Assembly (NCBI GenBank): GCA_027604505.1
Contig: JADIIX010000027.1
Location: 1 to 64,000 of the forward strand
DNA: 64,000 nucleotides
Source of the DNA: Gonapodya sp. JEL0774
Taxonomy: Eukaryota
Direction of reading: 5' to 3'
Shown here: piece after piece, positions 25,199-39,620 of the stretch
How the letters are laid out: every line of letters starts with the position of its first letter
Numbering within the stretch: the stretch's first letter is position 1
Translations under genes and position numbers: made by a program
Notes under the pieces: generated by a model
Database searches by the model: none
The model's input: the letters and a program-made list of their open reading frames with translations, nothing else
Told to the model about the DNA's origin: nothing

Positions 25199-26272
25199 AT
25201 GGTCAGTTGCTACCAGTGATTTGGTATTCTGGTTTCAATCAATCAACCTGGAGTTAAGCTCAGTTACTGCTCTGATGGGCCAACGAAGTAGCGATGCTGT
25301 CATGCAAGCGGTCCCCCGTCCAAAACTTGCTTTGAGAGAGCAAATTCAATTTAGGTGCAGAGAGCTGATGTGCTCGTATAGGGAGCTATCTGGACTCACC
25401 ACTCTTGGTGAAACGCATTGTCGTTGACTTCTGTCGAGTTGAGACCGTAACTCATCATAACACCATCACATTCTGCCTGCTTATGCTAGTCCGAAGTTGA
25501 AGAAACTATCAAGCGCCTCTCTTCCCACAAGGGTGTCGAGGGGATCGTTATCGTCAACTCTGAGGGGATTCCCATCCGATCCACCATTGACAACAACCTC
25601 ACGATACAGTACTCTGCCCTCATAACCCAGCTCGCTGCGAAAGCAAAGAGTGTTATCAGGGATTTGGATCCCCAGGTGAGCGAGAGTAGAGGAGAACGAG
25701 CTTGGAGTTGCCGTATCAACGTGTCCGAGGACGGAGCTTTGGGGCAAATTTGGGGGATAAGGAACTCTCATTCGGAGAAATCAAACATTGCCCCCCTACC
25801 GATAAATGTGACTTGACTTTCTTGGGAATCTGGGTCATGAGTCACCTGGTGCCAGATATTATATCAACTCTGTTGCAACCAAGTTGTTGCCTTCAATGGT
25901 TGACCGTCGGTGACTGTGTAGAGATACCTATCAAATGCATGCACTTCTAACGTTCCAGAACCCCAAGGCGCTATGAACAACTAAATTCGTGCTTCAAGGG
26001 CCTTTTAAATTGAGCGCGCAGAGTTATCTTCTGAACTGACCAGTCCTTTGCACTCTCGCCTGCAGAATGACCTCACTTTCCTGCGCTTGCGTACAAAGAA
26101 ACACGAGATCATGGTAGCCCCTGGTACGTGAAATTGGCGCCCTAATTGCTGTGTTATCGTTCCAGGGCTCCTATTGATTCTCACGCGAATCTTCATTCTC
26201 ATGTTTCCATAACTGCCAGACAAAGAGTATATTCTCATAGTGATTCAGAATCCGCATGAGGCGTCTTCGTAA
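25199..26272 (+). CDS. DYNLRB: Dynein light chain roadblock-type
   Basis: [33 protein letters not shown]...[37 protein letters not shown]. Confidence 0.96.
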
Positions 26273-26682
26273 ATGGCAGCGACCACATTTAGTTCCGCCT
26301 TTCAGAGGGCGGGCGGGGGGGCAGGTGAGCTTCGAACGGACCATGTTAGAAAACGGGACGATTGAAACTGATTTTAACAACTGTAGGACCATACACCGCC
26401 TGTGTTCCGTGAACTGTGGCAGTGAATAGTGTCCTCGATATTTGAGAGTATTGATGGCGATTCTATACCATGCAATTCTTTTGCTGCATAAGATGTAGTT
26501 TATTTCGATGACCTTGTGTAAATAGAAGATGATGGCGAAGGTTTTGTTCATGTGATGATTGCCTCCGCTGCTTCGCCCACATGATCGTCAACTGGGCCAG
26601 CCGAACCTTGTCGCATGGTCCTGGACCCTTCCCTACACGAACACTTGTCCCTTCCCTGATTCGGTGTAGAGCAGTGTACTCG

Positions 26683-27646
26683 ATGCCACCAGTAGCGACG
26701 GGAGTGAGTGCAGGTGAGCTCCTTGGGCATGGAGACGTTGGAAGATCCTTTCCAGTTTTTGGAATCTCGAGACGATATTCCTGACAGGGGTTGCTTCATC
26801 AAAAGCAGACGTCTTTACCGGGCATGATTCGACTCAGGTTGGTTTCCCGGAAGCATCTTCCCCGTGTTTCCAACATCCAACATGACTCTCTATGGGTCGC
26901 CCTGCTTTGGCATACTGTCAGATCGCTCTCATGGAGGAAAACGTCATAGTCGTGGACTCCTTTGATCGGCCAATCCGCGCCGGTACCAAGAAAGAAACTC
27001 ACCTCATGGCATCAATTCGCTCGGGTCTCCTCCATCGCGCATTCTCTGTGTTTCTCTTTGATACACAGGGTCGACTGCTCCTCCAGCAACGCTCTGATGA
27101 GAAAATTACCTTCCCAAAAATGTGGACCAATACTTGTTGCTCTCACCCCTTGCACCACCCCGCGGAGATGGAAGAAGCAGAAGCAAGAGGAGTCAAGGTA
27201 GCTGCAAGGAGGAAGCTGGAACATGAATTGGGTATTCCCCAGAGTGCAGTGGAACTGGACCAGTTTCGCTACCTTACCAAAATTCACTACTTGGCACCAT
27301 CGGACGGACTGTGGGGAGAGCATGAGAGTGAGTTCTTCGATACTAACAGAAAGTAAAAAGTTATCTTCAAATCTCTAACTGAGGGTTCGCTTCCTTCTTC
27401 TTCAAAGTGGACTACATTCTCGTCTTGCCCAACCTTGATCTCCCTATCGACCCCAACCCGAATGAGGTCAAGTCAGTGAAGTACGTGTCCCAATCTGAAC
27501 TTCGTGAAATGTTCGAGCGGCAAGAAGAGATGGGTATAGAGTTCACACCTTGGTTTAAGATCATTGTGGAGAAGTTTTTATACGGGTGGTGGGAACACTT
27601 GGACAGTCTAGACCAATTTGTGGATATGAAGATTCATAGAATGTAA
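26683..27646 (+). CDS. IDI1: Isopentenyl-diphosphate delta-isomerase type 1
   Basis: LLHRAFSVFLF, LLLQQRSDEKITFP, WTNTCCSHP, WGEHE|DYIL, FTPWF. Confidence 0.97.
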
Positions 27647-27777
27647 ATGCAATATTGTGATCTTTTGAAATTTTCAGCGACTTGTTTTATTGGAATGGTG
27701 TTGCGTGCGGAGAGCTTGGACAGCTTGCGTGCGCAAACCTCCTCTTCCCGCAATCCACATCGATATCAGACGCAATA

Positions 27778-28954
27778 ATGGTGTGTTGCCTATACCGATT
27801 CGGAGCACTCGACTTCCTGGAAGCTCTCCTTATACGTTTGCTTCGCGCAAATTCTGCCCTCCCACTTCCAAACTTGCGTGGACCGACTCCTGTTGAATGC
27901 CTAGAGTATCATGGACTACAACGGTGCTGTAAGTCAAACATTTTCAGCTCAACCCTTTTGAATTAAATTGGTTTACTGGACATTTTGTCTCTCTTCTCAA
28001 TGCTGTTCAAACATCCTCATCCCACAAACCCAGGCTCTCGTTGCCATGAAGGTCTGTACTCAATCGGCCGCTTCCGGCTTTCACTACGATAACCCCACTT
28101 TTTGGTGGCATTTTCTGGTTCGGCACCCTTCTGGTTGTCGTCCCTTCTAGGGCAAAAACTGTGTTGCTATCGCCTCGGACAGGCGATTCGGCGTCCAAGC
28201 CCAGACTGTCTCAACCGACTTCAAGAAGATTTTTGAGGTCCACCCGAAGTTGTACTATGGGCTGGGTGGTCTGGCAACGGATGTGCTTACTCTGTGGGTC
28301 TACCAACCCCTCACCGTATCAGCTTGCCCCTCCTGAAACCCTCAAACAATAATGCCACCATTTTAGCTCCGAAATGTTCACATACAAACTCAACATGTAC
28401 AAACTTCGTGAAGGTCGAGACATTTCCCCGAAGACCTTCGGCCATCTCGCTGCGTCTACGCTTTACGAGCGACGGTTTGGGCCTTGGTTCGTTGAACCAG
28501 TCATTGCCGGTCTTGAAAGTGACGGAACACCATTCGTGTGCGGAATGGATCTTATCGGGGCACTAAATTTCGCGACAGACTTCATTGTATCTGGAACTTC
28601 GAAGGAACAGTTATATGGTATGGCCGAGAGTTTGTGGGAACCAGATCTGGTGAGTGTTGACGGTATTGAGCTCAAATGATGGTCAAACGATGGCCAACGG
28701 ATCTTCGTGGGAAACTTCCAAGAACCCCGACGAATTGTTCGAGATCATCTCGCAGACACTTCTGAATGCACAGGATCGGGATGCGTTGAGTGGATGGGGA
28801 GGAGTGGTGACCGTGATGTAAGTGCTTTACACCTGTGCACATCTACCAATCCTAGTTGACGAGAATTCAACGCAACCCAAATCGTTCGCCTTTGCCTTAC
28901 AACAGCACCCCCGAAGGGACAACGACTAGATACCTTAAGAGTCGAATGGATTAG
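27778..28954 (+). CDS. PUP3: 20S proteasome subunit beta-3
   Basis: [55 protein letters not shown]; ends YLKSRMD*. Confidence 0.96.
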
Positions 28955-29112
28955 TTTGCATTCTCATTGTAGTGGAGGCAGGCGTTTGGCAGAAATGCAG
29001 GCTCTAAAAGGCTTAGCAAGCTGTCTATCCTCAACAATTTCATTGATCGCTTGATTGATTGGCCCGTGCACGACTGAAGTCTTCGCAACGGGGAAACTTT
29101 GTCTGATTTGAA

Positions 29113-32100
29113 ATGGCACCAGGTTCCCAGAATAAAAAGTGGGTGGAAGTCTTGACCCCATCACCCGAGAAACATGGACGTGTCGCTGGCTAAACGACCT
29201 GAATTCGTGCTGGTTTCTCGCGTTGGCACAAACCCACCAACATGTTTGCAGACCTGCGCAGAGCGCACATGGATCCAAGGCAAGCAGTCAACAGCCGACC
29301 CTTGTAGCACTGTGGGCAAAGCAGGCAGAGCGCAGCTTGGCGTCTGCCAAGTCGTCTCCAAGCTCGACACGAACTCCGTCCTCCAGCCTCTCCCCCATCC
29401 GCGAGACCGCTGTGATTGTGATTGACGGCCCAGATGAAGATCCGCCGAGTGATTCTTTAGCACTTTCAGTTTCATCTTCGTCTTCTGGCTCGTCAAGCCC
29501 GACCATTGTCCGTCATCCGACTCCAATTCTCATACCGGCACGGAGGCAACGTAATGAAGAAGGAGAAAATGAGACTGAGGAATTCAATGGCTTTGATGGA
29601 ATTAAACGTGGGGAAGTGGATGTCGTCGGGCACAGTGTTGATCTTAGTGGAAGAGCGAAGAGAGCACGTCGGAGCGCAAAGTCCCTCTCGCCTTCAGTTT
29701 CCGTTGCAGAATTTTCGCATGACACTCTATTTCACTCGCGCGCGCGAGTCCCTGTCCGCCCTGATGCTTTGCTCGACGAGATTTCGAACGTGCAGTGTTC
29801 GGAGCTTCATGGCTTACCAGCCAACGCCAGCGTGGAAGACGGCGAGGAAAACCAAGTGCAATATGTGTCTCGTGATTTTTCTTTTGACGTGGATGAAGGG
29901 AAGGATGAATCTCACCTTGCTCACAACGCATGTGATGATGGCCTTGGGAGCCCAGCTTCCTTACCAGACGCAACCCTGTTTACACCCCCCCGTCAACTTG
30001 AACCCTCTCTCCCTCTTGCTTCTCCCTGCTCTCCATCGTTTTCCGATATGGATGTGCGAGAGCCCCTAAATGACAATTCACATGAGGACCCTGCAAGCCC
30101 ATCAGTCCCATTTGCGCAACCTAGTCTGGCAACACTACGACATCCTTCTCTTGTCGCCACTCCTCGCACTTTGTCTCAGCAAAACACGCAAACCGCTCGA
30201 GACTCTCGCACACCACCCTTCGGCTCAAGAAAACCTGCGGCGCCCCGATCTCTTTCCTTGCAAGCACAACTCTCAACTGCATCCGCAGGAATAGAGAAAG
30301 TTCAACTTGAAGTACCTACCATAACTCAAAGCGTGAATATGAGCATCCACAAGCGTCTCGAACATGGGACCTCTGGTGGTTCGGAGAGTCCGCAAATCAA
30401 TGGAACTGGAGAGAACCCTCCACAAAATGCGACGACGCGCATCGCTGGGGAGCTTTCAGAGTTAATGAGTCCTACCCTTATCCGGGCGAATGCACAAGAA
30501 CCACAATCGACTGTTCCTTCTTCGCACCCGAAATTTGAATCAAAGCAACGAGGTGCACTGTATTTCACCACAGGCGCACTGCCAAAACCAAGCGTGGGCA
30601 GCCTTGCTCGTGTCTCAAAGATTGCGTCTTGTCTGACTGTTGCAACAGCTGCTAATCGGCATGTCAATTCGGATTCGGATTCAGACTCGGACTCGTCCTT
30701 GCAGTCCCCGTCTTCCATCCTCGCCTCCGCCATTCAAAAATCCAAGATGACTCTCCTTTCGTCGAGTGCTGTGGTTGCCCAACCTCCTCGCCGCACCTCC
30801 ACCCGCCTCTCTGCCTCTTCCGTCAGTTCTGGCTGTTGTATTGAGACTCCATTAACGCCTCGGACCATTGTACCAACACCCCAAGTTGACGCATCTCTTG
30901 TGCGCTTCCGAAAACTGGTTGAGGATACAAAGAAACGTGATGAGGCCGAAAGGTGGAGAGAAGGCGTCAGAAAGGAGGTGAGCGGTTAGTCTTGTGTGCT
31001 TCTACAAATTATGAGTGCAATTTCGACAACATCTCGCAGTCCTTACCACTCTCGGATGCTGGTGGTGATGAAGTAATGGAATCCGACAACTTGGTGGGAG
31101 GGTCCGAGGTAGATGTGTTTGCACTCGAAAGAAAATTTGGGAAAGAGAAAGGTCGGGAGATGGGGGAGGTTCGTCTGTGGAAGATTTGTTGGGGGAACGG
31201 CATCCCAACCTCTGCGATCACCTGCACCACAGATGATTCGAGAATCTTATGTTACACATAGTCGTTCATTTATTGAGCCGCTTCGGTCCTCGGTACGTTA
31301 CTCTTCCACACGAAACTTAGTCGGCGTCCAACCCACCTCTCCTGTAGCGAACTCTCCCATTATCCGAACTTTCCTACGTCTCTACTCTCCAAGTAGATCG
31401 TGTAAAACATGGATGTTTGGCAGATGTGAACGCAGAACGAGGGAGGAGGAGATTTGAAGGTCAGGTTGAGTGCATGGTTGCTTCTGCGGGTATTGGTGAG
31501 TCGTAGCATCCACGTGCATGGGAACATTCACAGTTTTAACTTTTGAGGAAAGACCTACACGTGCGCCGTCACCTGCTAATATGTCGAAATCTGGCGAGAG
31601 CCGTGCGCAAAGGGTGGACATGTCCAACAGAAGTCATGGAATGGTTGGCCGATGTAGGTGAGTGACGGCGAAGGAATGGTTGATAAAATTGGGATCGTGG
31701 CTGATAATTAGTTTATTGAAAATAACATTTAACTCAATGCTCTAGTGCTCACGTGTTCAGAAAAACTCACCGTCCATGCTGCGAAAAAGTCTTTCCTCAG
31801 CATCAACGCAGGTTCTGTGAGAATTCTTGGATTTCAAAGCGCATTTGGCATATATCCGCGACAACTGACACTCCCTTTGCACAATAGGGGACCACCATGG
31901 CTGCAATGGTGCTCCTGGACAGGGCGATTACAGCATGGCACGTACCAACAGAGTGGCTGGATTGCGATGTGCTAAGCGAAGTCGAGAGTATACAAGCTAA
32001 AAAGGAGAGAAACGTGTTGTCCGAGCGAATGAGAGTGGTGGAGGAGAGGGAAGGCAGATGTGAGTCTGGTATCCACTTTGATTTGGCCGTTGTAGTGGAG

Positions 32101-33353
32101 TTTGGGCACACAAGACTGGGTATCTCCCTGAGCCAGTAGTATGGAATGCGGACGACGAACTTGTCTCCCAGAACTCAACGCTGACCAATGTGGCGGGTGT
32201 TTTGGACCTGCTGGTGTCATGCATGAGTCTGAGAACATCGTAAGTTTCTTGTCAGCATTCCTTAATGCCGGTTTAGTTTTACGAAGCCCCACTCGTGCCA
32301 CTAAGTGCCCGCTTCTACTCAACTCCGTCCCTCCTCCGTGCTATCATGCTCACGGTGGTGTGTGCCTTGGATCACAGACTGACTGCACAGGCGGGTAAAA
32401 TTGTCAAGTGTTTTACGCGACTAATAGAAGCGGTAGAATGGAAGGAATGGGAGGGAGCTGTGAGTATCTGACCTGTTCGCTCAGTGTCTCACTGTAGAGC
32501 TTCACTTGACACCACCACCCAAGTTTGACCGTCTGGTACCGATTAGCGCTGGATTCTTGTCCTTCGCATTTCCAACTTATCCGCAGGTGACCGTGTCGTC
32601 CAGCACGCCCTCGTACGGACCCTTCGGTCGAGCCACGGCAGAGCTCGGTGGTTGGTTGTGCAGTTCGCGAGGGCATGCTCCCTGGCACATGCGAACGGAG
32701 TAATTGAAGATGGCCATTTACCTAGGAAGGTGAGGGGTCGTCTTTGCCTCAAGGTTCTGGATTGTTGAAAGTCTCCTTCTTTGCAGACTTCTTCTTTGCG
32801 CCGTCCTGTTACTTTGGTTGACCTCGCAGGGGAGCTTGACTCTGACCCGCCGTCAACTGTATTGGACTGCGACCCAGTATTTCGAATCGGTAGTGGGACC
32901 AACTACGCGTTACTGAGAGGCTCGGTGGAGGTTTTGTTGAGGGCTCTTGGAGGCCCACGTGGAATAAAGGAGGATAAGGTTCGTTTGAAGTCGCTGGACA
33001 TGAATTGTTGCCTCACGACAACTGACTATTTGACAGGCTGCTGCGAAAGCATTGTCGCGGAGAAGTCTACATCGATATGGACGGATCAGGGACAGTGCAA
33101 CCAACTTGGATCCGGTGGAGGTACGTTTCAAAGTGTGGGCCTGGTTATTTCCTTTAATCTCCTAGTGCTTTCCCATGCAATCCGCACCAAATGACAGGCT
33201 AAACATTTACTTCTCTGTATTTCGCACTTTATCAACAGTGTGGTCTCTTCAGGTAGTGCATTAGGAGAGGAGGCAAGAATTCAGAAAAGTATTACCGGTT
33301 ATTTCAAAAGTGCTGGGGGAATTGGCAACGCAGATTTTGATGCAGCTTTGTGA
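29113..33353 (+). CDS. Large protein, disordered N-terminus and helical C-terminus with PIP-box; possibly SLF2/Nse6 (FAM178)-like
   Basis: A 1.8-kb S/P-rich exon is followed by many small exons. C-terminal RIRDSATNLDPVE|AKHLL and QKSITGYF. The family assignment is recalled resemblance only. Confidence 0.5.
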
Positions 33354-33479
33354 TGTGAATGTGCTTGAGTGTCATGATGGTCCTGCGCATGCTCTCACTT
33401 GTGAGCGTTCCACATGGCACTCCGTTTGCCGAATCTCATCAACCAATCAATCCTGACATCCACCTTTACACGCACTCTT

Positions 33480-34469
33480 ATGACGCACAGTGATCTCACG
33501 TATGTAGTTTGCACATGAAGTGGTGGATTGATACAAAACTACCATATGAGAATGTTGTCGTGATGGTGTTTCAAATCTTCCACAGCCCTGTATTCCCTAC
33601 CGGAGCCACGCCCCTTGGTACGATTCTTCGATGCGAGATTTTCCGATTTCTTATGCTTTCTTGTGATCGTTTTCTTGTGCCACTCGTCCTTATTGCTGTC
33701 TGTGGATGGACTTCCGGATCATTCATCCTTTGGCTCTGCAGCACCCTACACACCAGGTATCAAGGCCGGTGGATTTCTGTTCGTGTCTGGTCAGCTAGGC
33801 ATTGTTGATGGAAAGCTTGTTGATGGCGTTGAGGCGCAGACGAAGGTGAGCATGAGGACTTTGGTAAATGAAGACGATGGAATCAGTTGCTCATGTCACT
33901 TATATTGATTTCTGCCATCGAACCGAAAGGTTGCCCTTGAAAATCTGAAAGCTGTGCTTGAAAAGGGAGGATCATCCGTTGACAAGGTGAGTTCCAGTAG
34001 ACCGGCCACACTAAGAGTCTGTTAAATCTCGACCACAACGCCTCTTCAGGTCTGCAAAGTCACCGTGTTTCTAAATGACATCGCCGACTTCCAAAAAATG
34101 AACGCCGAGGTAGGTTCGCAGACTTCCAGACGTGTTGGTGGATAATCCACAAGTTCGGTGAGCGTTCGTTTAACAAGAGTCGATTCTGTCTTCCTGCACA
34201 TAGTACGGGAAAGTGTTTGACAGCCACAAGCCTGCACGGTGTGTATTTCCTTGCAACGATAACGAGTACGCGTCTCTGTAGTAACATCGTCGCGAAACTG
34301 TTCCTTCTTGACTCTATGCTGGCAAAACCTCAGATCGGCATTCCAGGTCAGTCATACACATTGTTGGGGGGGTGATCATTGTATGTCAACCGCAAGTGTT
34401 CTCGTTTTGAAGGTTGGAAAGCTCCCCCTCGGTGGTTTGGTTGAAATTGAAGCAATCGCCTTAGCCTAA
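33480..34469 (+). CDS. RidA/YjgF/UK114 family imine deaminase
   Basis: APYTPGIKAGGFLFVSGQLG; ALENLKAVL; KVTVFLNDIADFQKMN; PAR|SAFQ|VGKLPLGGLVEIEAIA. Confidence 0.93.
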
Positions 34470-35519
34470 AATTGTCGCTGCCTGCCAATATAGATATTCA
34501 AGTCATTCTTGGAGGTGAAGAGTGTAGGCTGATCTTCGTTTCCCAATGAATCAGGACAGGACCGGCGTTAGGGGCAGCCGGTTTATTGAACGCCACATGT
34601 CCGCACTCTACAGAATGGGCTGTGAAAGGTGTGGTACTTCCGCATATTGTGCTCCGACCCAGTGCGCACCAGGACACACAATTTCTGGACTGTCGGTTCG
34701 CATGGGACTATCCTCTCGTCACCAACAACTAAGTAATATACATACCGTATAGCGCCGTCGTCTCGCTATTCTCCAAAAACATCGCAAATCGCTATCACTC
34801 TTGCCAAATAAAAAACTACCAGAATACTTGCGTCGGGTTATACTGGTTACCGTCTCAGGAAGCACTGGACTGCTCAACCGGGAGTGCCGGCCAGACCGAT
34901 TTCGGGTCTTGCTCCGGATTCACAGAACCATAGCATGCTGGGTCATGTGATCGCGTGATGTGAGGAAGAAACATCATTGTTCTATTCCTCCTCAATCACG
35001 GTTTTCGGAAGAAGTTTTCGTTACTCAATCATCTTGCTGTGGCGTTTGTCTGCCATAAGGCAAAGGAGGTTCGCTATTGTTATTGGGTTGTGATGCGAGT
35101 ATGTATTATAGGAATTCCTGGGGACATTGGTGTTGGGAGGAGTGATGGTTGTTCTAGTGCGCTTATCAAAGAAGAATCAGTGACAAGATGTGACATTCAT
35201 TTGAAGTGCATGACATCGCGGACAGAAAATGAAGGTGTACAGAGTCCACCTGAATGTTTGGCAGGTTCAAGAAGTGTCCACAGCCGCCAGCCTTACCCCC
35301 TACAAACGAAGAGCAGACTAATATGTAATAAGAGCTTGCATGCCTAAATCAGTTTTGGGGGTCATAATGAAAATAATAAAGGACCTTCTTTCTTTTCGAT
35401 TTCAATCGTTTCTATGCTGTTTCCATTTGCATTCTCTCATCCGCTTCCACCTGTTCAGGTATCCAATTCCGTACCTGATCGCAGCAGATCGCTGAGCACT
35501 GCAACACAAATTGTCCACC

Positions 35520-38500
35520 ATGGCGGAGTCCACCAAGCTGGGTGCTGGACATCCTCCGGGCGCCCCGTCCATCGTGAGGTCTGCAGCTACTGAACAAATG
35601 CCTGGGGGATCCGGAAGATCGGGCGAACGACTGGCCAGTCTTGAGGACGGAACGAACAACAGCGACATTAGCTCGAGCACCAGCAGCTTTGTTGAGCTTC
35701 CTCTGATTGATGGAATCCTCTTCTGGCTTACCGAAGCCTTAAATCGATTGGTCGTCGATCCTTTGGCTGGCTCAATCCAGCCTATCCCCATCGACCACTG
35801 GTTCTTGGGAGTATGGACCCAACTTATTCTAATTGTTCACATAAACAATATGATAGTCATCCCTATGTCGGTGAGATTGCAGGATCGAGGAACTGGCCGC
35901 TCCGTTCAGAATCAGCTCACCTCACCTTCTCCAGATTGCCTGGCCATGCGCGTTTATGAGGGGTTACGGGCTGGTAGTCTACGGCGGAGATATTCTTCTG
36001 GCTGTGGATCTTGCTATTGATTTCCTGAAGGAGTACCGCAATGAGTTCGGATTCATTGTAAGGAGCCAACCACTGAGTACGTTGGCAAAAAGGCGTGATC
36101 AGCCAGCATTCGCAGCTCAATGAATTTCACTGCCCCCCCTTGCAGTTCGACACCGTTTCCTCAATGACGAGGCTGGGTGGCTTAAAATAGTGGCAAGGTG
36201 TCCAGTGGATATGATTCCTTTTGCGATCGTTTTAAACGCGGAGATTGAATGTATCCCGTACAGGTGAGCGCTTTTCATGCAGTGAAATGAAGTTTGCCTT
36301 GCATTAACAGCTGCTGTACTGTTTCGTCGACAAGTAATTTTGACATCTGGCGGTTGTGGGCTCTTTTGAGGTTAACCAGATTTATTCCAATGATAAAACT
36401 TCTACGATGGTTTTTAGCAGCCCATGTGCCAGGCATTCATGTGAGGACAACTTAAGCGTATTCCAAGATCGTCTTTTCATATCCTCTGTGCCGCCAGCCT
36501 TCGATATCTCGAATGCTGAAGAACCTTCTCATCATTTCTATAACTGCTCACTTCAGCGCCTGTCTTTTTTGGCTGATATCATCTGTTAGTCACAGTGAAG
36601 TTAGCTGGATTCACCTCAATCGACTGGACTTGAACGAACGTGGGGAGCCAGCGACATTTGCCGAGCAGTACCTTCACTCAATTTACTCATCGCTTCGAGC
36701 AATATTTTTTGTGTATCGAGAAAAGGTGGAAGCCGTGCCAGAGAAGATCTATACATTGTTTGAGACTCTTTTTGCTGCGGTGAGACCGTGGCACCTTAAG
36801 CAAAGTTTTTGGATCTGCCTCTTGAAGAGCGTGCGCGACTAGGTTGTTTACGGAAGCTTGTTTGGAAATCTTGCCAGTATTATTCGATACCTGGACTCCT
36901 CAGAGGCCGGTAAGTGATGCACGACTCACTTTTTGTGAACTGATATTGAATTGGCCTCATCGTGTGGTGAAAACTGTCAATAGCTAACGAAGCGGGTATG
37001 TTTACTTCTTCTTGACCATTTGAAACTTTTTGTCATTTCTATGTGGCTTTGCCAGTTGAGAAGCACAATTACCATGTCACGAAAATTCGTAGATATCTGC
37101 AGGAAAAACAGTTTCCGGCGGAGCTCCAAAAGAAAATTCTCGATCATGAGCACTTTAAGTGAGCCCTACAATACTCTTTTTCTGCTCGAGTTCGATGGGA
37201 GTGACATAATCGCGGTGACCAGATTTGTGCATACACGAGGTGCCGATGAAGCAGCGTTGTTCAAGGTTTTTCTTCCTATTCTTTGTTCTGTATTCTGGTA
37301 CTCTACTCTAAACGTTGGTCGTTCTCATGCCAGGAGCTTCCGAGGGTTCTGCAAGTGGAAATTTACACGCACCTGTATCTCGGCTTGATACAGGGTTTAC
37401 CGTTATTCAGGTGAACACTCCTCTGCATTTTGTCAGAACAATTACGGAATAATGACCGTGCTTTCTTCAGAGATACTGCTCTTACGTTCCAACAGTCAAT
37501 CACGCTAGCTTTACGACCCATGATCGCTTTACCTGGGTGGTACGTATTCCGGGAGGGAGATGAAGCTGCCGAGATGTACTTCGTCAAAATGGGACTTGTC
37601 GAGGTTACTTCAAAAGACGGCTCAAAGGTATTCGTTCAACTCGGCGAGGGAAAATTTTTCGGTGAAATAGCCCTTCTGGAGAACACCAAGCGCACTGCGT
37701 CTGTGCGTGCAGCGTCGCTCACAGAGCTCTGCGTGCTGACGAAGGCGGATTTCGAAGAGATTGTGAATGTTCACCCGGGTATTCGAGAGAAGATGGGGAA
37801 GGTAGTGGAAGAGCGGAAGGAGGCTGATCGGAAACGAAAAGAAGCTGCAGCAGCGCAAGCGGCAGCAGGTGAGTCACTTTTGCGGCATTCAAATCCACAT
37901 CGTGCCTCATGCAATTTGATCCTGCACTTTTATTTTAACAGCAAGTAAGTATTGATGAAATGAATCTAATGTTGATCTTCACAAGAAATTGTCACCGTTT
38001 TCCTTTTCGCACAGGCGCCATGCCAACGCTGGGGACCCAACACCAGTCTTATAGCAGTTCATCCACAAGCATGAGTAGGAAATGGTCGAATATGTTCCGG
38101 GTATCCACAGGTGGTCGGAAACGTGGAAATATCAGTACTGGAAGGTTTGTCGTCTGCATAGACTGTGCAGGTGTACATACTCTCATCTCTTCGTCTCCTG
38201 TTTGATGTGTCGAAGCGTAACCATTCCACGGTAAGAAAACAGCAGTCGTTACCGACTCTTCAAAATTGATAAACAGCAACATTATTGCAGACGAAACGAT
38301 AATGAACAGATAGCATCTGCTACGTCCATTTCGCTACCATCGGGGACAATTCGGCGTGGAGATCGTTCTCATGAAGAAGCTGATCCTGGACCATCTGTTG
38401 GGGCTCCTCAATCCTCAATCTCCCCGATCGGTGTACAAGTAACAACGACACGAGGCGAACACAAAGCAGACAGTGACAGTGAACCTGTAACACGTGATCT

Positions 38501-39524
38501 TGGAACAACATCCCACGTTTTGTCTCCCGCTTTTGTACACCATTCGGTCATTCCCTCCAAGGAGCATGGAAACTCATTAGTGGGGACCACTCGACAGCTG
38601 TCTTCTTCTTCTCCACAACTCGCTGCAAAGCTAAACATCTCGCGGGAAGATAACGCTCCATCCGAACCCCCAATTTCCGAGACCGATAATGAGAATGACA
38701 ATGACAGAACTGAACACAGAGATTTACCGTTGCAAAGTAGTCACATTGCACGGGCAAATCCCAATCCTGCATTGGTGGAGCCAAAACGGCAAGTGGATAT
38801 GAACGGATCCAAAGATCGCAAAGACCAGGAAAATCGCAAAGAACGTGAGAAAAGCTCGCAGAGTGAGCATTCAGACGGACAGTTCTCGGAAAAGAAAGAT
38901 ATGCAGCATCTTTCCCCGCATACGGTTCTGGGGGCTGAGAGGCTCCAACACCAATCAGAGCAACTATCAATCGGACTTGAGCAAACAAAAGCGGATGAGG
39001 AGCGGCATAATGCCGTCTCCGTGACTTTGTCTCCGTCGTTGTCGATTTATGATCAGCCGACTCGATCGCACAGCATCCGCGGACCGCAAACTTCTCCTAT
39101 AAGTGCCCGTCCTTCGATGGGCACTTCGCTCAGGGATACCACAGACGTCCGCTATCCGCAAAACTCACCCTCTCCATATCTCCCTCATCCAACATTCCAA
39201 CCTCCGCAAGCTTTTCCCACTCCAGTCATTTATCCAGGAGCGTATCCTGCCACCTTTTCTACTTCGTGGCGAGAGAATGGGACTTCTTTTGGTTCAAAAT
39301 TTTCACCTGCCAGTACTTTTGGCACTGTTCGGGTACCCAGCTTTTCTCCTCCACCGGTCTTCGAAAGCCCAGTAGCCTCGTTTCCGGACATATCCCACCC
39401 AGCTATGGCGAGCAGACAGTCTGGGACGACGACAAACGACCAAAGGGAGTCGAGTCAGATACTTTCGACGTCCTCGACACCGGCACGACCACTTGTAGGG
39501 CGGGAAAGGAGGTACGATCGATGA
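35520..39524 (+). CDS. Cyclic-nucleotide-binding-domain ion channel (CNG/KCNH-like)
   Basis: S4-like WALLRLTRF; S5 AHFSACLFW; S6 YGSLFGNLASII; CNBD VFREGDEAAEMYFV...FFGEIALLENTKRTASVRA; long disordered tail. Confidence 0.88.
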
Positions 39525-39620
39525 CAATTGCATCATTGTGGCAGCGATGTAGCGGCACTGTCTCCTAATTTATACAAGTTTGGATTATATGTTCAATTCC
39601 TCGTGATATAATATGTCTCC

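Noticed and set aside
26693..26702. TAGCGACGGG match to the array core
   Set aside because: A 10-bp chance match inside IDI1 exon 1.
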